Below, in pieces: positions 1 through 9,720 of a stretch of DNA of 32,000 nucleotides (positions are counted from its first letter, which is position 1; each line of letters starts with the position of its first letter). A program made the translations under genes and the position numbers. Below the pieces are notes generated by a model. The model ran no database searches and was not told the DNA's origin. It saw only the letters and a program-made list of their open reading frames with translations. This DNA is from Synechocystis sp. PCC 6803 substr. PCC-P (GTDB lineage: Bacteria; Cyanobacteriota; Cyanobacteriia; Cyanobacteriales; Microcystaceae): positions 2,670,001 through 2,702,000 of the forward strand of contig NC_017039.1 in NCBI RefSeq assembly GCF_000284455.1, written 5' to 3'.

Positions 1-1797
1 GGGACGGGAAGCCAAGGATTCCTTGGGGTCCTGTTGGGGGATGGGATGCTCCGGTTCCGTTTCCTTCGGTTTGGACACTGGCCTTTGGCTAAAGTCAGGA
101 TAGGCGATCGCCTTGAGTCCCAATTCCGTATCTCCAGTAAAATCTTCCTCTGGGGAATCTCCCTCCGGATCATTTATCTCTGCTTCCGCCGCCGCTTTTT
201 CCGCCTGGGTAGGGGTGGGGACGGAGGGGGAAATCTGACAATGAATTAAAGCCACGGAAACATTGTCATGGCCATTAACTTGGTTGGCCAATTCAATTAA
301 CCGGGGCACCGCTTCTGCCACCGGGCGATCGCCTTGTAGCACTGGGAGAAAATCATCTTGCCAATACTGTTCGACCCGATTGTAGTCACAAAAACCATCG
401 GAACAGAGCAAAAATAGACAATCCGTCGGCACAATTAAGCGTTGAATGATGGGATGAAGTTGGGCCGAGGGCCCCAAACCCACTGCCTGGGTTAATGCCC
501 CCGATCTGGGTAACTCCACCGCATGGCGATAGAGCATCAGTCCCAGCCGCACTTCCCGGGATGCCACATCATCGTCCACCGTCACCTGTTTACAACTGTC
601 CGCCGTTAACCAATAGCAACGGGAATCCCCCACATTGGCCAGGAAAAATTGTTGAAAATCCGCCAGGGCCATCACCAGGGTTGTGCCCATCCGTTCCCGT
701 TCTGTTCTTTCCTCCCGGTCATTGCGCCGATTGAGTTGCTCGTTAACTTCTTGGATGTCTTCCTTGAGGTGCTGGATGAAAGTGCGGATTTGCTCCGGCT
801 CATTCATTTGTTTTTGAATTTTGGAAATTACCCGAACGGGTAAATGTTCAATCACCCACTGGGAAGCAATTTCTCCCCCTTCCTGGCCCCCCACCCCGTC
901 ACAAATCAGAGTCATGGTGTTGGCCAACTGTTGCCCTTCAATGGGGGTTTCACTGACGGGAAAACAAGCATCTTCGTTGTGGTCTCGACTGGGGCCCCCA
1001 TCGGTCAAAGCAAAAACCGTGTAACTAAAATCGTACTGCTCTGCTAAGGACTGAATGCCCGTATCCAATACCCTCAGTAAATGGTCAGCGTGGGGAATTT
1101 TGCCCTGTTTTAGTTTTTTCCATAGGGTCTGACAAAAATCGGCGATCGCCGGATGGGCATTGGTTAATAGTGGCTCCCAGACTCCTGCCAAATACTTCAT
1201 CTCATAGAATTGATGCTCATCTAGCTTTAACTGCTGGAGTAATACCTGGGGGCCTTGCACCCTCAACCAATCAAACTCCAACAGGCTAGACACCACCCCC
1301 TGCCGTTGCAGCGGTTGCCAAAGGCGAATCATTTGCCAGAGCCAAGTTAACTGCTGTAAGGGACAAGCATGCTCCCACATTTCCCCCAGGGAAGGTAACA
1401 ACTGTTCATGGACAGGTTCCCCTGCTTGATCCAGCGCCACCGGGCCATAGTCCAACAGCCACACCGATAAATCCTTTTCCTCATCCCAACTAGGAAAATA
1501 GTCGTACACCTCCGGCACATTGAGACGAAAGGGCAATAGCTTTTGGTAGGGCAAAATATAATTCGGGATTTCCTCTGGCCCCTCGACCCCCAGGGCCGGC
1601 GTAGTGTCCAACAACACCTGGGGCCGCACCAACAGATAACGTTCCAGTAGCAGTTCCCCCGGTTGGTAGGCCTTGATCCAGTCCCCCACCGACCACAGAT
1701 ACCTTTTCAGCAGAGGAGTCCGGCAGGTTTTGCACAGGCGATCGCCTAGGTCATTGGGGGCTTGACAATCGCAGTTGGAGCAGTGGACAGTCGGCAC
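1..1797 (-). CDS. PP2C-family Ser/Thr protein phosphatase with an N-terminal Cys4 zinc ribbon and a central degenerate kinase-like region. The 3' end runs off the left edge (partial).
   Basis: This CDS is absent from the supplied ORF track because it has no stop inside the window. My hand translation of the minus strand is open from GTG (1797-1795, with an in-frame TAA four codons upstream) to nt 1, which is 599 codons. The N-terminus reads VPTVHCSNCDCQAPNDLGDRLCKTCRTPLL. PP2C motifs are ALTDGGPSRDHNEDA, LICDGVGGQEGGE, GTTLVMAL, ANVGDSRCYW, LLCSDGF and NGHDNVSVALI. An acidic, Pro-rich tail follows. Confidence 0.85.
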   Translation of the reverse strand, partial: MPTVHCSNCDCQAPNDLGDRLCKTCRTPLLKRYLWSVGDWIKAYQPGELLLERYLLVRPQVLLDTTPALGVEGPEEIPNYILPYQKLLPFRLNVPEVYDYFPSWDEEKDLSVWLLDYGPVALDQAGEPVHEQLLPSLGEMWEHACPLQQLTWLWQMIRLWQPLQRQGVVSSLLEFDWLRVQGPQVLLQQLKLDEHQFYEMKYLAGVWEPLLTNAHPAIADFCQTLWKKLKQGKIPHADHLLRVLDTGIQSLAEQYDFSYTVFALTDGGPSRDHNEDACFPVSETPIEGQQLANTMTLICDGVGGQEGGEIASQWVIEHLPVRVISKIQKQMNEPEQIRTFIQHLKEDIQEVNEQLNRRNDREERTERERMGTTLVMALADFQQFFLANVGDSRCYWLTADSCKQVTVDDDVASREVRLGLMLYRHAVELPRSGALTQAVGLGPSAQLHPIIQRLIVPTDCLFLLCSDGFCDYNRVEQYWQDDFLPVLQGDRPVAEAVPRLIELANQVNGHDNVSVALIHCQISPSVPTPTQAEKAAAEAEINDPEGDSPEEDFTGDTELGLKAIAYPDFSQRPVSKPKETEPEHPIPQQDPKESLASRP

Positions 1798-1927
1798 AGC
1801 ATTACCCCTCGAACAAATTTCTGATTAATTTTAAGGAAATATGCAATCTTAAGAACATTTCCAAAAAGTTGTAATAGGCTAAAAGAGAAAAAACCGCCAT
1901 TGTTTGCAAAATTGCCCCACGAGGATT

Positions 1928-2548
1928 ATGAGCGTTGAAGCTGTCATCGAAAACCGAGACTACACCCTAATGATCGATAAAAGCAGTAGCATGGCCACCG
2001 CTGATGATCCCAATGGCCCCACTCGCTGGGAAATAGCCCAAGCTTCGACCATTGCCCTGGCGAAAAAATGTGAAGAAATTGACTCCGACGGCATCACCGT
2101 TTATCTATTCTCTGGCCGCTTCCGTCGTTATGACAATGTTACCGCCGAGAAAGTTGCTTACATCTACGCCAACAATGAACCCATGGGGCGCACTGATCTG
2201 GCCGGTGCCCTCAAGGATGGCCTGGACAATTTTTTCCAACGACGGCAGGCCGGACAAACTAAACCCAATGGGGAAACTTTTCTGATTATTACCGACGGGG
2301 AACCCACTGACCGCAAAGCAGTTATCCGTTTAATTTTAGAAGCGAGCCAAAAAATTGACCGGGATGAGGAGTTAGCGATTTCGTTGATTCAGGTGGGCAG
2401 GGATAAAAAAGCAACGGCCTTTTTTCAGGCTTTAGATGATCAATTACAGGCGGCCGGAGCGAAGTTCGACATTGTGGATACCGTCACCATGGAAGATATG
2501 CAGGGCATGAGCTTGAGTGATGTACTGCTCAAAGCAATTACAGATTAG
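1928..2548 (+). CDS. von Willebrand factor A (vWA) domain protein with an intact MIDAS motif
   Basis: The track ORF is 1904..2548 with a TTG start. I prefer ATG 1928, which is preceded by AGGA (acgAGGAttATG). The MIDAS DxSxS motif reads LMIDKSSSM, and a second conserved stretch reads FLIITDGEPTD. The C-terminal part (LIQVGRDKKATAFFQALDD...FDIVDTVTMEDM) resembles copine-type vWA domains. Confidence 0.8.
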   Translation: MSVEAVIENRDYTLMIDKSSSMATADDPNGPTRWEIAQASTIALAKKCEEIDSDGITVYLFSGRFRRYDNVTAEKVAYIYANNEPMGRTDLAGALKDGLDNFFQRRQAGQTKPNGETFLIITDGEPTDRKAVIRLILEASQKIDRDEELAISLIQVGRDKKATAFFQALDDQLQAAGAKFDIVDTVTMEDMQGMSLSDVLLKAITD

Positions 2549-2562
2549 GGGAATACCCAACC

Positions 2563-4023
2563 ATGGCGCTGGTTTTGCTGTCTCAATGGAAAAAATATCT
2601 GGACCCATTGCCGCTCCAACTGACAGGAACGGGGATTTTTTACCTCTGTCTCACTACGGGGGTAGGGGCCCAGGCCGATCGCCTCTGCGTAGGGGATTTA
2701 CAACAAAAGCTGGAAAGCCATTTACAACAACCAGAATTGAGCCGAGCTCAATGGGGCATTGCCATTCAACCTCTGACAGATTCCCAGCCTATTTACCAAT
2801 ATCAGGCTGACCGTTTTTTTATTCCCGCCTCCAACCAAAAATTAATTACCACCGCCATGGCTCTTCAGGAATTGGGGCCAAATTTTCGCTTTACCACCCA
2901 AGTTTATCAACGGGACGGGGGCAAAAAAGTCCAAGTTATCTCCAGCGGCGATCCCAGTTTTGACGTAGATGACCTAACGGCGATCGCCAAGGGTTTAAAA
3001 GATAGGGGGGTGACGGCGATCGAAGAATTGGAACTTGTAGATACCATTGCCCCCCAGGATTACCAACGCCCCAGTTGGGAGTGGGATGATTTGCACTACG
3101 GTTATGCTCCCCCGGTTAATGGTGCAATTTTGACTGGCAATCAAGTGATCCTTACCCTCACGCCCCAAAATCTGGGGGAACCATTGACCCCCACCTGGTC
3201 CGATCCCATTGCTGGGGCACAATGGCAGATCATTAACCAGACCGAAACGGCCGTTGATCCACACCAACCTCCCCAGGTACAACAGATTTTTGGTCAACGG
3301 CAATTGGTTATCACTGGCGGCCTGCCCCCCGCAGGGGAAACCCGTTCCATCACCCTAGCTGTGGCTGATCCCCAGCAATATTTCCTCGCCAGTTTGCAAC
3401 AAAAGTTAGCAGAACAAGGCATTTCTGTAAGCACTTCGATCGTTAGCGCCAACACCAAGGCGATCGCCCCGGCCCCTTTGCTGGCTCTCACTTCCCCTCC
3501 CCTGTGGACACTGATTAAAACCGTCAACCAAGACAGCAATAACCTCTACGCTGAAGCGTTGCTCAATGCCATTCAGCCCCCTTCCCAGGCTACGGATTGG
3601 CAGTCCTACGTGGAAAGACTAGGCCTAGCCACCACCACGGTCAGATTACGGGATGGCTCAGGACTTTCCCGTCAAGACCTAGTGACGCCCCAAGCCTTAG
3701 TTCAACTTTTAATTAACCAAACCCAAAAATCAACGGGGACCATTTATCAACAATCCCTGGCCGTTGCTGGGCGATCGGGCACCCTGGAACGTAGTTTCGC
3801 CGATACTCCCCTGGTGGGCAAAATGCGGGGTAAAACAGGTACCCTCACAGGGGTGGTTTCCTTAACGGGCTATGTGGAAAACCAGCAATGGGGCACAGTG
3901 GCATTCAGTTTTATGGTCAACAACAGTGACCTGGGGGCCTCCGTGCTACGGGAAGCAATGAAGCAGATGGTACTTTGGACTGCCCAGGTAGAAAAGTGTC
4001 AGCCCAGCGACCAGGGACGGTAA
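2563..4023 (+). CDS. dacB: D-alanyl-D-alanine carboxypeptidase/endopeptidase, PBP4 (peptidase S13) family
   Basis: This is a 486-aa ORF. The SxxK active-site motif reads PASNQK, followed by SSGDPS and KTG in GKTGTLTG. The N-terminus is hydrophobic. The ATG lies only 14 nt after the vWA stop, so co-transcription is likely. Confidence 0.85.
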   Translation: MALVLLSQWKKYLDPLPLQLTGTGIFYLCLTTGVGAQADRLCVGDLQQKLESHLQQPELSRAQWGIAIQPLTDSQPIYQYQADRFFIPASNQKLITTAMALQELGPNFRFTTQVYQRDGGKKVQVISSGDPSFDVDDLTAIAKGLKDRGVTAIEELELVDTIAPQDYQRPSWEWDDLHYGYAPPVNGAILTGNQVILTLTPQNLGEPLTPTWSDPIAGAQWQIINQTETAVDPHQPPQVQQIFGQRQLVITGGLPPAGETRSITLAVADPQQYFLASLQQKLAEQGISVSTSIVSANTKAIAPAPLLALTSPPLWTLIKTVNQDSNNLYAEALLNAIQPPSQATDWQSYVERLGLATTTVRLRDGSGLSRQDLVTPQALVQLLINQTQKSTGTIYQQSLAVAGRSGTLERSFADTPLVGKMRGKTGTLTGVVSLTGYVENQQWGTVAFSFMVNNSDLGASVLREAMKQMVLWTAQVEKCQPSDQGR

Positions 4024-4033
4024 ATATTAGTTG

Positions 4034-4252
4034 CTAACGCTTGGCATTCAAACAAAGATAAGAATCCACTACTCTGCCAGTACGTTGGCAGTTCACCAAG
4101 AGATAGTCACACACAGGGCAAGCAGTTTCGGTGACAACTTCTTTTTCAATCAAGCATTGTTGACGGACGGCATGGCTGCCGCAGTTGGGGCAATGGATGG
4201 TCTGCTTGGTGAGAATTTGGGGGGCTTGGATCAGTCGGGTATGCATGATCAT
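4034..4252 (-). CDS. small Cys4 zinc-ribbon protein (hypothetical)
   Basis: This is a 72-aa ORF with CPNC-x20-CPVC. It converges on dacB with a 10-nt gap. No family was recognised. Confidence 0.5.
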   Translation of the reverse strand: MIMHTRLIQAPQILTKQTIHCPNCGSHAVRQQCLIEKEVVTETACPVCDYLLVNCQRTGRVVDSYLCLNAKR

Positions 4253-4684
4253 GGTGATTGCTCAGGATACTTATTAAAGAGGATTTCTCAAAAATCGGGC
4301 TAAATAGGTCAAATTGCAGCGTTAAAAAACAATAGAATTCCTGTAGGATTTGTAAAATAAAACACAGTTATAAAGTCGAAGTAAAAGAAAGCAAAAATTA
4401 CTCCCAGTAGCATTTAGCGCTGATCCCCATGGCAGTCAAGCCCATTTACGTCGTGTTGGTCCTTAGATAGCTTAGGTAATTAATCAAGGAAAACAACGCC
4501 GCTGACGAACTTTTCAGGCCGCAGTGACCTGCTGAGACTAAGAAATTAACACTCTCGACGGACTGTATCAGGTTTTCTTAACTATTAATTAAGCTTTGCT
4601 AGATAATGGCCATGGGTTAACTAATGTCGCCCAAGTCCTTGATCCCAATGGGTTTTTCCCGTTTATGCCCCAGGACAAACTGCC

Positions 4685-4722
4685 CAAATAATGGCGCAAA
4701 AGCTAGTTTTTCCTTCTGCGCC
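4685..4722 (-). terminator. candidate intrinsic terminator downstream of the nitrilase-family gene
   Basis: A GGCGCA (4693-4698) / TGCGCC (4717-4722) inverted repeat has an 18-nt loop. On the minus strand it is followed by ATTATTTGGG. The stem is short and the loop is large. Confidence 0.3.
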
Positions 4723-4763
4723 TAGGGCCATGGACTGTCCGGGAACGGCCTTGCAACTTGTGT

Positions 4764-5582
4764 TCAGACAAATACCCGATGTTGCAGCGAAGGCATTTGT
4801 TGGCGCACCTGTTTGAGGCGGTCTGGGTTAATTTCGGCGATCGCCAACCCTGGTTTTTCCCCCGCATCGGCCAGGATCACTCCCCAGGGGTCAATGATCA
4901 TGGCATGCCCATGGGTATGCCGTCTTTCGTAATGACAACCAGTTTGGGCCGGGGCAATGACGTAGCAGGTATTTTCAATGGCCCGGGCCTGGAGCAACAC
5001 TTGCCAATGGTCCTTGCCGGTGTAGGCAGTGAAAGCGGCGGGCACAAACAGAACATCTGCTCCTTGGCGGGAAAGGTAACGATACAATTCAGGGAAACGA
5101 ACGTCGTAGCAAATGGACAGCCCCAAATTACCAAAGCTGTCGGAGTGGTACACTGGGGGATATTTTTGCCCAGCCATCACCGTGGCCGATTCCCAGTAGG
5201 TATTGCCGTCGGGCACATTAACATCAAACAAATGCACTTTGTGGTACCGGGCCAATTCCTGCCCATTGGGGGCAATTAGAGTAGCTGTGTTATAGGCTTT
5301 GCCTGCTTCCCCTGCCACCGGAAAGGGAAAGCCCCCCGCCAGGATAGTCACCTGGAACCGTTGGGCCATGGTCTGTAAAAATTTTTCCGTCGCCGTGGCG
5401 ATCGCCGTTGCCTGTTCTAGCTTTTCAGTTTCATTGCCCAAAAAAGCAAAATTCTCCGGCAAACCCACCAATTCTGCCCCCTGGCGCACCGCCAAATCGA
5501 TCAACTCCTCTGCTTCTTGTAAATTCTCGGTGAGGTTGGGGCGGCTGGTCATTTGCAGGGCAGCGGCTAAATACGGTTTCAT
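4764..5582 (-). CDS. carbon-nitrogen hydrolase (nitrilase superfamily, Nit/omega-amidase-like)
   Basis: This is a 272-aa ORF. The Glu-Lys-Cys triad contexts are GLPENF, YHKVHLFD and LSICYDVRFPE. Confidence 0.9.
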   Translation of the reverse strand: MKPYLAAALQMTSRPNLTENLQEAEELIDLAVRQGAELVGLPENFAFLGNETEKLEQATAIATATEKFLQTMAQRFQVTILAGGFPFPVAGEAGKAYNTATLIAPNGQELARYHKVHLFDVNVPDGNTYWESATVMAGQKYPPVYHSDSFGNLGLSICYDVRFPELYRYLSRQGADVLFVPAAFTAYTGKDHWQVLLQARAIENTCYVIAPAQTGCHYERRHTHGHAMIIDPWGVILADAGEKPGLAIAEINPDRLKQVRQQMPSLQHRVFV

Positions 5583-5966
5583 GAAAATTCCTTGTCAGAA
5601 AGAAGCAGTGGGGCTAGCAGTTCATTTTATCCTGATCGGGTGTAGGGACGGAACTTGCTCCAAAAAAGAGGTAGAGGGCTTCACATCTTAAGATATTATG
5701 GAGAAAAACTTGCTTAAAGTTTGGTGTTTGCTAGACTGAAGTCCCCCGCTTTTTAAGATTGTTAATCTCAACATATTTTTAAGAGTCTATTTTTAGCCTT
5801 ATTGATAAGAATTTCTAAGGACAATAACAAGGTTTACTTAACAATTCCCCTTGGGAATCTATCCTCTGGAGATTAGAGAAGTAACCGTTATCGTTGACCA
5901 TTCTGAGCATGGTGGTTAACCAAACTGAATATTCTCCATAGCACTTTTACAAATTTTTTTGATCGA

Positions 5967-7565
5967 ATGCTTGATTCTTCCGTACCCACTTTTTCCGTTA
6001 CCACTCCACTGTACTACGTTAATGATGTGCCCCATTTGGGCAGTGCCTACACCACGGTGGTGGCGGACACCCTGGCCCGCTTTAAAAGATTACAGGGCTA
6101 TGACGTGTTGATGATCACTGGTACCGACGAGCATGGGCAAAAAATTCAACGTACCGCCGAAGCCCAAGAGCTTGATCCCCAAACCCATTGTGACCGCACC
6201 GTAGTCAAGTTTAAGGAACTCTGGCGATCGCTCAATATCCTTTACGACCGCTTTAGCCGTACTACCGATCCCCGCCATTTAGCCATTGTCAAAGATTTTT
6301 TTCAACGGGTTTGGGATAAAGGGGATATTTATCTGGCCCAACAACAGGGCTGGTACTGTGTAGCTTGCGAAGAATTTAAGGAAAAAAGAGATTTATTAGA
6401 AGATAACCATTGCCCCCTGCACCCCAACCGCAAGGCAGAATGGCGGGATGAAGAAAACTATTTTTTTCGCCTCTCCCGCTATCAACACCCCTTGGAAGAA
6501 CTGTACGCCCAACGACCGGAATTTATTCAACCCAGTAGTCGTCGCAATGAGGTGTTGAATTTCGTCGCCCAGGGATTGCAAGATTTTTCTATCTCCCGGG
6601 TCAATTTGGACTGGGGTTTCCCTCTCCCTAATGATCCCAACCATACCATTTACGTTTGGTTTGACGCTCTTTTGGGCTATGTCACCGCTCTCTTGGATGA
6701 AGATGAAGAACCAAATTTAACTAACGCTCTGGTTAAGTGGTGGCCGATTAATCTACACCTGATTGGCAAAGATATTTTGCGCTTTCATGCAGTCTATTGG
6801 CCCGCCATGTTAATGTCAGCGGAATTAGCGATCCCCGCCCAGGTTTTTGGCCATGGCTTTCTCACCAAAGATGGCCAAAAAATGGGTAAAAGTTTGGGCA
6901 ACACCGTTGATCCCCTGGATTTAATTAACCGCTACGGGGAGGATGCTTTCCGTTACTATTTCCTCAAGGAAATTGAGTTTGGTAAAGATGGGGATTTTAA
7001 TGAACAACGGTTTGTTAATGTGCTCAATGCTGACTTGGCCAACGACCTGGGTAATTTGCTCAATCGCACCCTCGGTATGGTGAAAAAGTACTGCCAGGGT
7101 CAAGGCCCCCAGGTTATGGCCACGGATTTAGCCCCGGATAATCCCCTCAAAGCGCTGGGCAGTCATTTGGGAGAAGAGGTGAGCAGTGCCTATGAAAGGC
7201 TGTCCTTTACTGATGCCTGTGAAGCAATTTTCACTCTGGTGAGGGCTGGGAATAAATATATTGACGACATGGCCCCCTGGAAATTATTTAAACAGGGCAG
7301 TCAGAAGGAGGTAGAAGACGTGCTGTACAGCGTGTTGGAATCCATTCGGCTCTCGGCCTATCTTCTTTCCCCCATTGTTCCCCGCCTGAGTACCAAAATT
7401 TATCAACAGCTAGGTTTTACCTGGGACTTTGACCAGTGGCGATCGCCGTTGGAGCAAGCGGAAGAATTCAACCGTCACCAATCCTGGGGCCAATTGGGTG
7501 CGAACCAAAATCTGCCCCCTGCCCAACCTATTTTTACCAAACTGGAGTTACCGGCAGAGGAGTAG
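5967..7565 (+). CDS. metG: methionyl-tRNA synthetase (short form without a C-terminal tRNA-binding appendage)
   Basis: This is a 532-aa ORF. The HIGH-type motif reads PHLGSAYT and the KMSKS-type motif reads KMGKSLGN. A Cys knuckle reads CVACEEF...HCPLH. Confidence 0.95.
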   Translation: MLDSSVPTFSVTTPLYYVNDVPHLGSAYTTVVADTLARFKRLQGYDVLMITGTDEHGQKIQRTAEAQELDPQTHCDRTVVKFKELWRSLNILYDRFSRTTDPRHLAIVKDFFQRVWDKGDIYLAQQQGWYCVACEEFKEKRDLLEDNHCPLHPNRKAEWRDEENYFFRLSRYQHPLEELYAQRPEFIQPSSRRNEVLNFVAQGLQDFSISRVNLDWGFPLPNDPNHTIYVWFDALLGYVTALLDEDEEPNLTNALVKWWPINLHLIGKDILRFHAVYWPAMLMSAELAIPAQVFGHGFLTKDGQKMGKSLGNTVDPLDLINRYGEDAFRYYFLKEIEFGKDGDFNEQRFVNVLNADLANDLGNLLNRTLGMVKKYCQGQGPQVMATDLAPDNPLKALGSHLGEEVSSAYERLSFTDACEAIFTLVRAGNKYIDDMAPWKLFKQGSQKEVEDVLYSVLESIRLSAYLLSPIVPRLSTKIYQQLGFTWDFDQWRSPLEQAEEFNRHQSWGQLGANQNLPPAQPIFTKLELPAEE

Positions 7566-7710
7566 AATCAAAAACTGACCCCCTAGGTCAATTTCAATCT
7601 TTTTAAGATTTTTTAACAAAAATTAACATTTTTATAACTTTCCCGCCTTTTCCCCTTGAAAAAATTTTTTAAAACCCCTTTAAATTACAACTTAGTCATT
7701 TAGGAACACC

Positions 7711-8316
7711 ATGTTTGAGGACTTTGAACAGGATGCACTGTTTACGCCGGATCAGTTATTAGAAAACCGGGGGCGGGTAGCCATTTTCATCGATGGTTCC
7801 AATCTTTTTTACGCCGCATTACAGTTGGGCATTGAAATTGATTACACCAAGCTATTGCACTGTTTAACGGGCGGCTCCCGCCTATTGCGGGCTTTTTTCT
7901 ACACCGGAGTAGACCGTAGTAACGAAAAACAACAGGGATTTTTACTTTGGATGCGCCGCAATGGTTACCGAGTCATTGCCAAAGACTTAGTGCAATTACC
8001 AGACGGTTCTAAAAAGGCTAACTTAGACGTGGAAATTGCCGTGGACTTGATGTCCCTGGTGGGTTCCTATGACACCGCAGTGGTGGTCAGTGGCGATGGG
8101 GATTTGGCCTATGCGGCCGATGCGGTCAGTTATCGGGGGGCGCGCATTGAAGTGGTGAGTCTCCGTTCCATGACCAGCGACAGTTTAATTAATGTGTCCG
8201 ACCGTTACGTGGATCTTGACAGTATTAAGGAGGAAATTCAAAAACAACCCCGTCCCAATAGTGGCTATCGTAACGTCAATCCCTTGCCTATTTTTTCTCA
8301 GGAAAAATCTTCCTAA
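7711..8316 (+). CDS. NYN / LabA-like (DUF88) domain protein
   Basis: This is a 201-aa ORF. VAIFIDGSNLFYAA and VVVSGDGDLAYAA are typical of LabA/NYN ribonuclease-like folds. Confidence 0.75.
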   Translation: MFEDFEQDALFTPDQLLENRGRVAIFIDGSNLFYAALQLGIEIDYTKLLHCLTGGSRLLRAFFYTGVDRSNEKQQGFLLWMRRNGYRVIAKDLVQLPDGSKKANLDVEIAVDLMSLVGSYDTAVVVSGDGDLAYAADAVSYRGARIEVVSLRSMTSDSLINVSDRYVDLDSIKEEIQKQPRPNSGYRNVNPLPIFSQEKSS

Positions 8317-8376
8317 AAGTCTAGCCAATTTTTTCTATTCCTCCTTACTCACTGTCATTGATCTTTTGATGGGAGT

Positions 8377-9699
8377 TTACAAAGAAATTCCCCGCAGTTG
8401 CTGGTAAAGCAGAGTAGCTTGTAAATCCGTCATACCGGCAATGTAGTCGGTTACTTTCAGAATTTTGCTGTAATTATCTTCATCGGGGGCTATTTGATGC
8501 TCTGGAGGCAACATAAATTTGAGCAATTTTCCCTTCGGACGGGGTTGTTTTTCCAGTACGGAGGTCAAAAAATCGGTTAGTAGATCCCCCAGGACCTCAA
8601 AGCCAGCAATTTTAATTCTCACCACATTGGGATGGTGAAAAACCGCATTGGTGGTCATGGTTTCAATTTCCTTGAGTTGGGGAGAAAAGCGACTTAGCTC
8701 CACTAGGGATTGGTCAAATTTCCCTGCCAAAATATCCGGTTCGTGGTCAAGAAAAAGTTGAGCAACTTCCTTCACCAGTCGATTAATGGCCTTGGCCCGC
8801 AGTCGCTTGATGGTTTCTGCTGGACTGCCTTCGTATTGGTTCAGGTCAATGTCAGCAATGCTTTGGAGTTTATCTTGCACCGCTGCAAAGGGGAGATAGC
8901 CCATGTGAAAACCATCTTCCAAATCGACAATGGAGTAACACAGATCATCCGCCGCCTCCATTAAAAACGTGAGGGGATGGCGACACCACCAAGCAACCTT
9001 TGGCGATCGCCCGATGAGACCCACGGTTTCTGCCACTTCAGTGAATAGATCCTTTTCAGCTTGGAAAAAACCATATTTTTGTAAACTTTTGCCGGGATGA
9101 CGGGCCAGGGTACGTTGGGGAATAAAGGATTCCCGGGGATATTTAGCAAAGGTGGCCAGGGTAGCACAGGTTAGTTGCAGTCCCCCTGGGCGATGGGGTA
9201 GACCAAGCCTAGTTAAAATCCGAAAGCCCTGGGCATTGCCTTCAAAGCGGTCAAAGTCAGCTTTTTCCAGGGGATTAATCAAGGCACCGGAACGATTTTT
9301 GCGGGCATACCATTTTTGAAAAGCGGTTTGGATGGCGTCCTCCCCCGCATGGCCAAAGGGGGGATTACCAATGTCGTGGGCTAAACAGGCCGCCGAGAGA
9401 ATATCACCAAAGTCCGCCGCTTCGATCGCCTGGAGTTGATGGCGTTTAATTATTTGATCCCCCACCATGCGCCCTAGGGAACGCCCCACACAGGACACTT
9501 CTAAACTGTGAATCAGCCGGGTGCGGACATCGGCATTTTTGGACAGGGGAAAAACCTGGGTTTTATCCTTCAGCCGCCGGAAAGCGGTGGAATAGACAAT
9601 GCGGTCATAATCTTTCAGAAAAGAGGTGCGCTCAAACTGATGCTCCTCCAACTGTTGTTTACCGAGGCGCTTGCGGGAGAGTAATTGTTGCCATTCCAT
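8377..9699 (-). CDS. dgt: dGTP triphosphohydrolase-like HD-domain protein
   Basis: This is a 440-aa ORF. N-terminal motifs are FERTSFLKDYDRIVYSTAFRRLKDKTQV, then RLIHSLEVS and LAHDIGNPPFGH (HD). Confidence 0.85.
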   Translation of the reverse strand: MEWQQLLSRKRLGKQQLEEHQFERTSFLKDYDRIVYSTAFRRLKDKTQVFPLSKNADVRTRLIHSLEVSCVGRSLGRMVGDQIIKRHQLQAIEAADFGDILSAACLAHDIGNPPFGHAGEDAIQTAFQKWYARKNRSGALINPLEKADFDRFEGNAQGFRILTRLGLPHRPGGLQLTCATLATFAKYPRESFIPQRTLARHPGKSLQKYGFFQAEKDLFTEVAETVGLIGRSPKVAWWCRHPLTFLMEAADDLCYSIVDLEDGFHMGYLPFAAVQDKLQSIADIDLNQYEGSPAETIKRLRAKAINRLVKEVAQLFLDHEPDILAGKFDQSLVELSRFSPQLKEIETMTTNAVFHHPNVVRIKIAGFEVLGDLLTDFLTSVLEKQPRPKGKLLKFMLPPEHQIAPDEDNYSKILKVTDYIAGMTDLQATLLYQQLRGISL

Positions 9700-9720
9700 T
9701 GGGTTAATGCTTTCGTTGGC

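Noticed and set aside
34-1735. Track ORFs 34..249, 495..734, 649..843, 821..1024 and 844..1047 (+), and 1490..1735 (-)
   Set aside because: All of them overlap the long open PP2C reading frame, either antisense or out of frame. They are Pro/Gly/Arg-rich low-complexity translations with no motifs.
4758-5691. Plus-strand ORFs 4758..5279 and 5299..5691
   Set aside because: They are antisense to the well-supported nitrilase-family gene. Their composition is typical of shadow ORFs.
5749-7610. 12-mer CTTTTTAAGATT present on both sides of metG (5749-5760 and 7599-7610)
   Set aside because: Many chance 12-mer repeats are expected among about 5x10^8 pairwise comparisons in 32 kb, especially in AT-rich spacers. 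There is no other sign of mobility.
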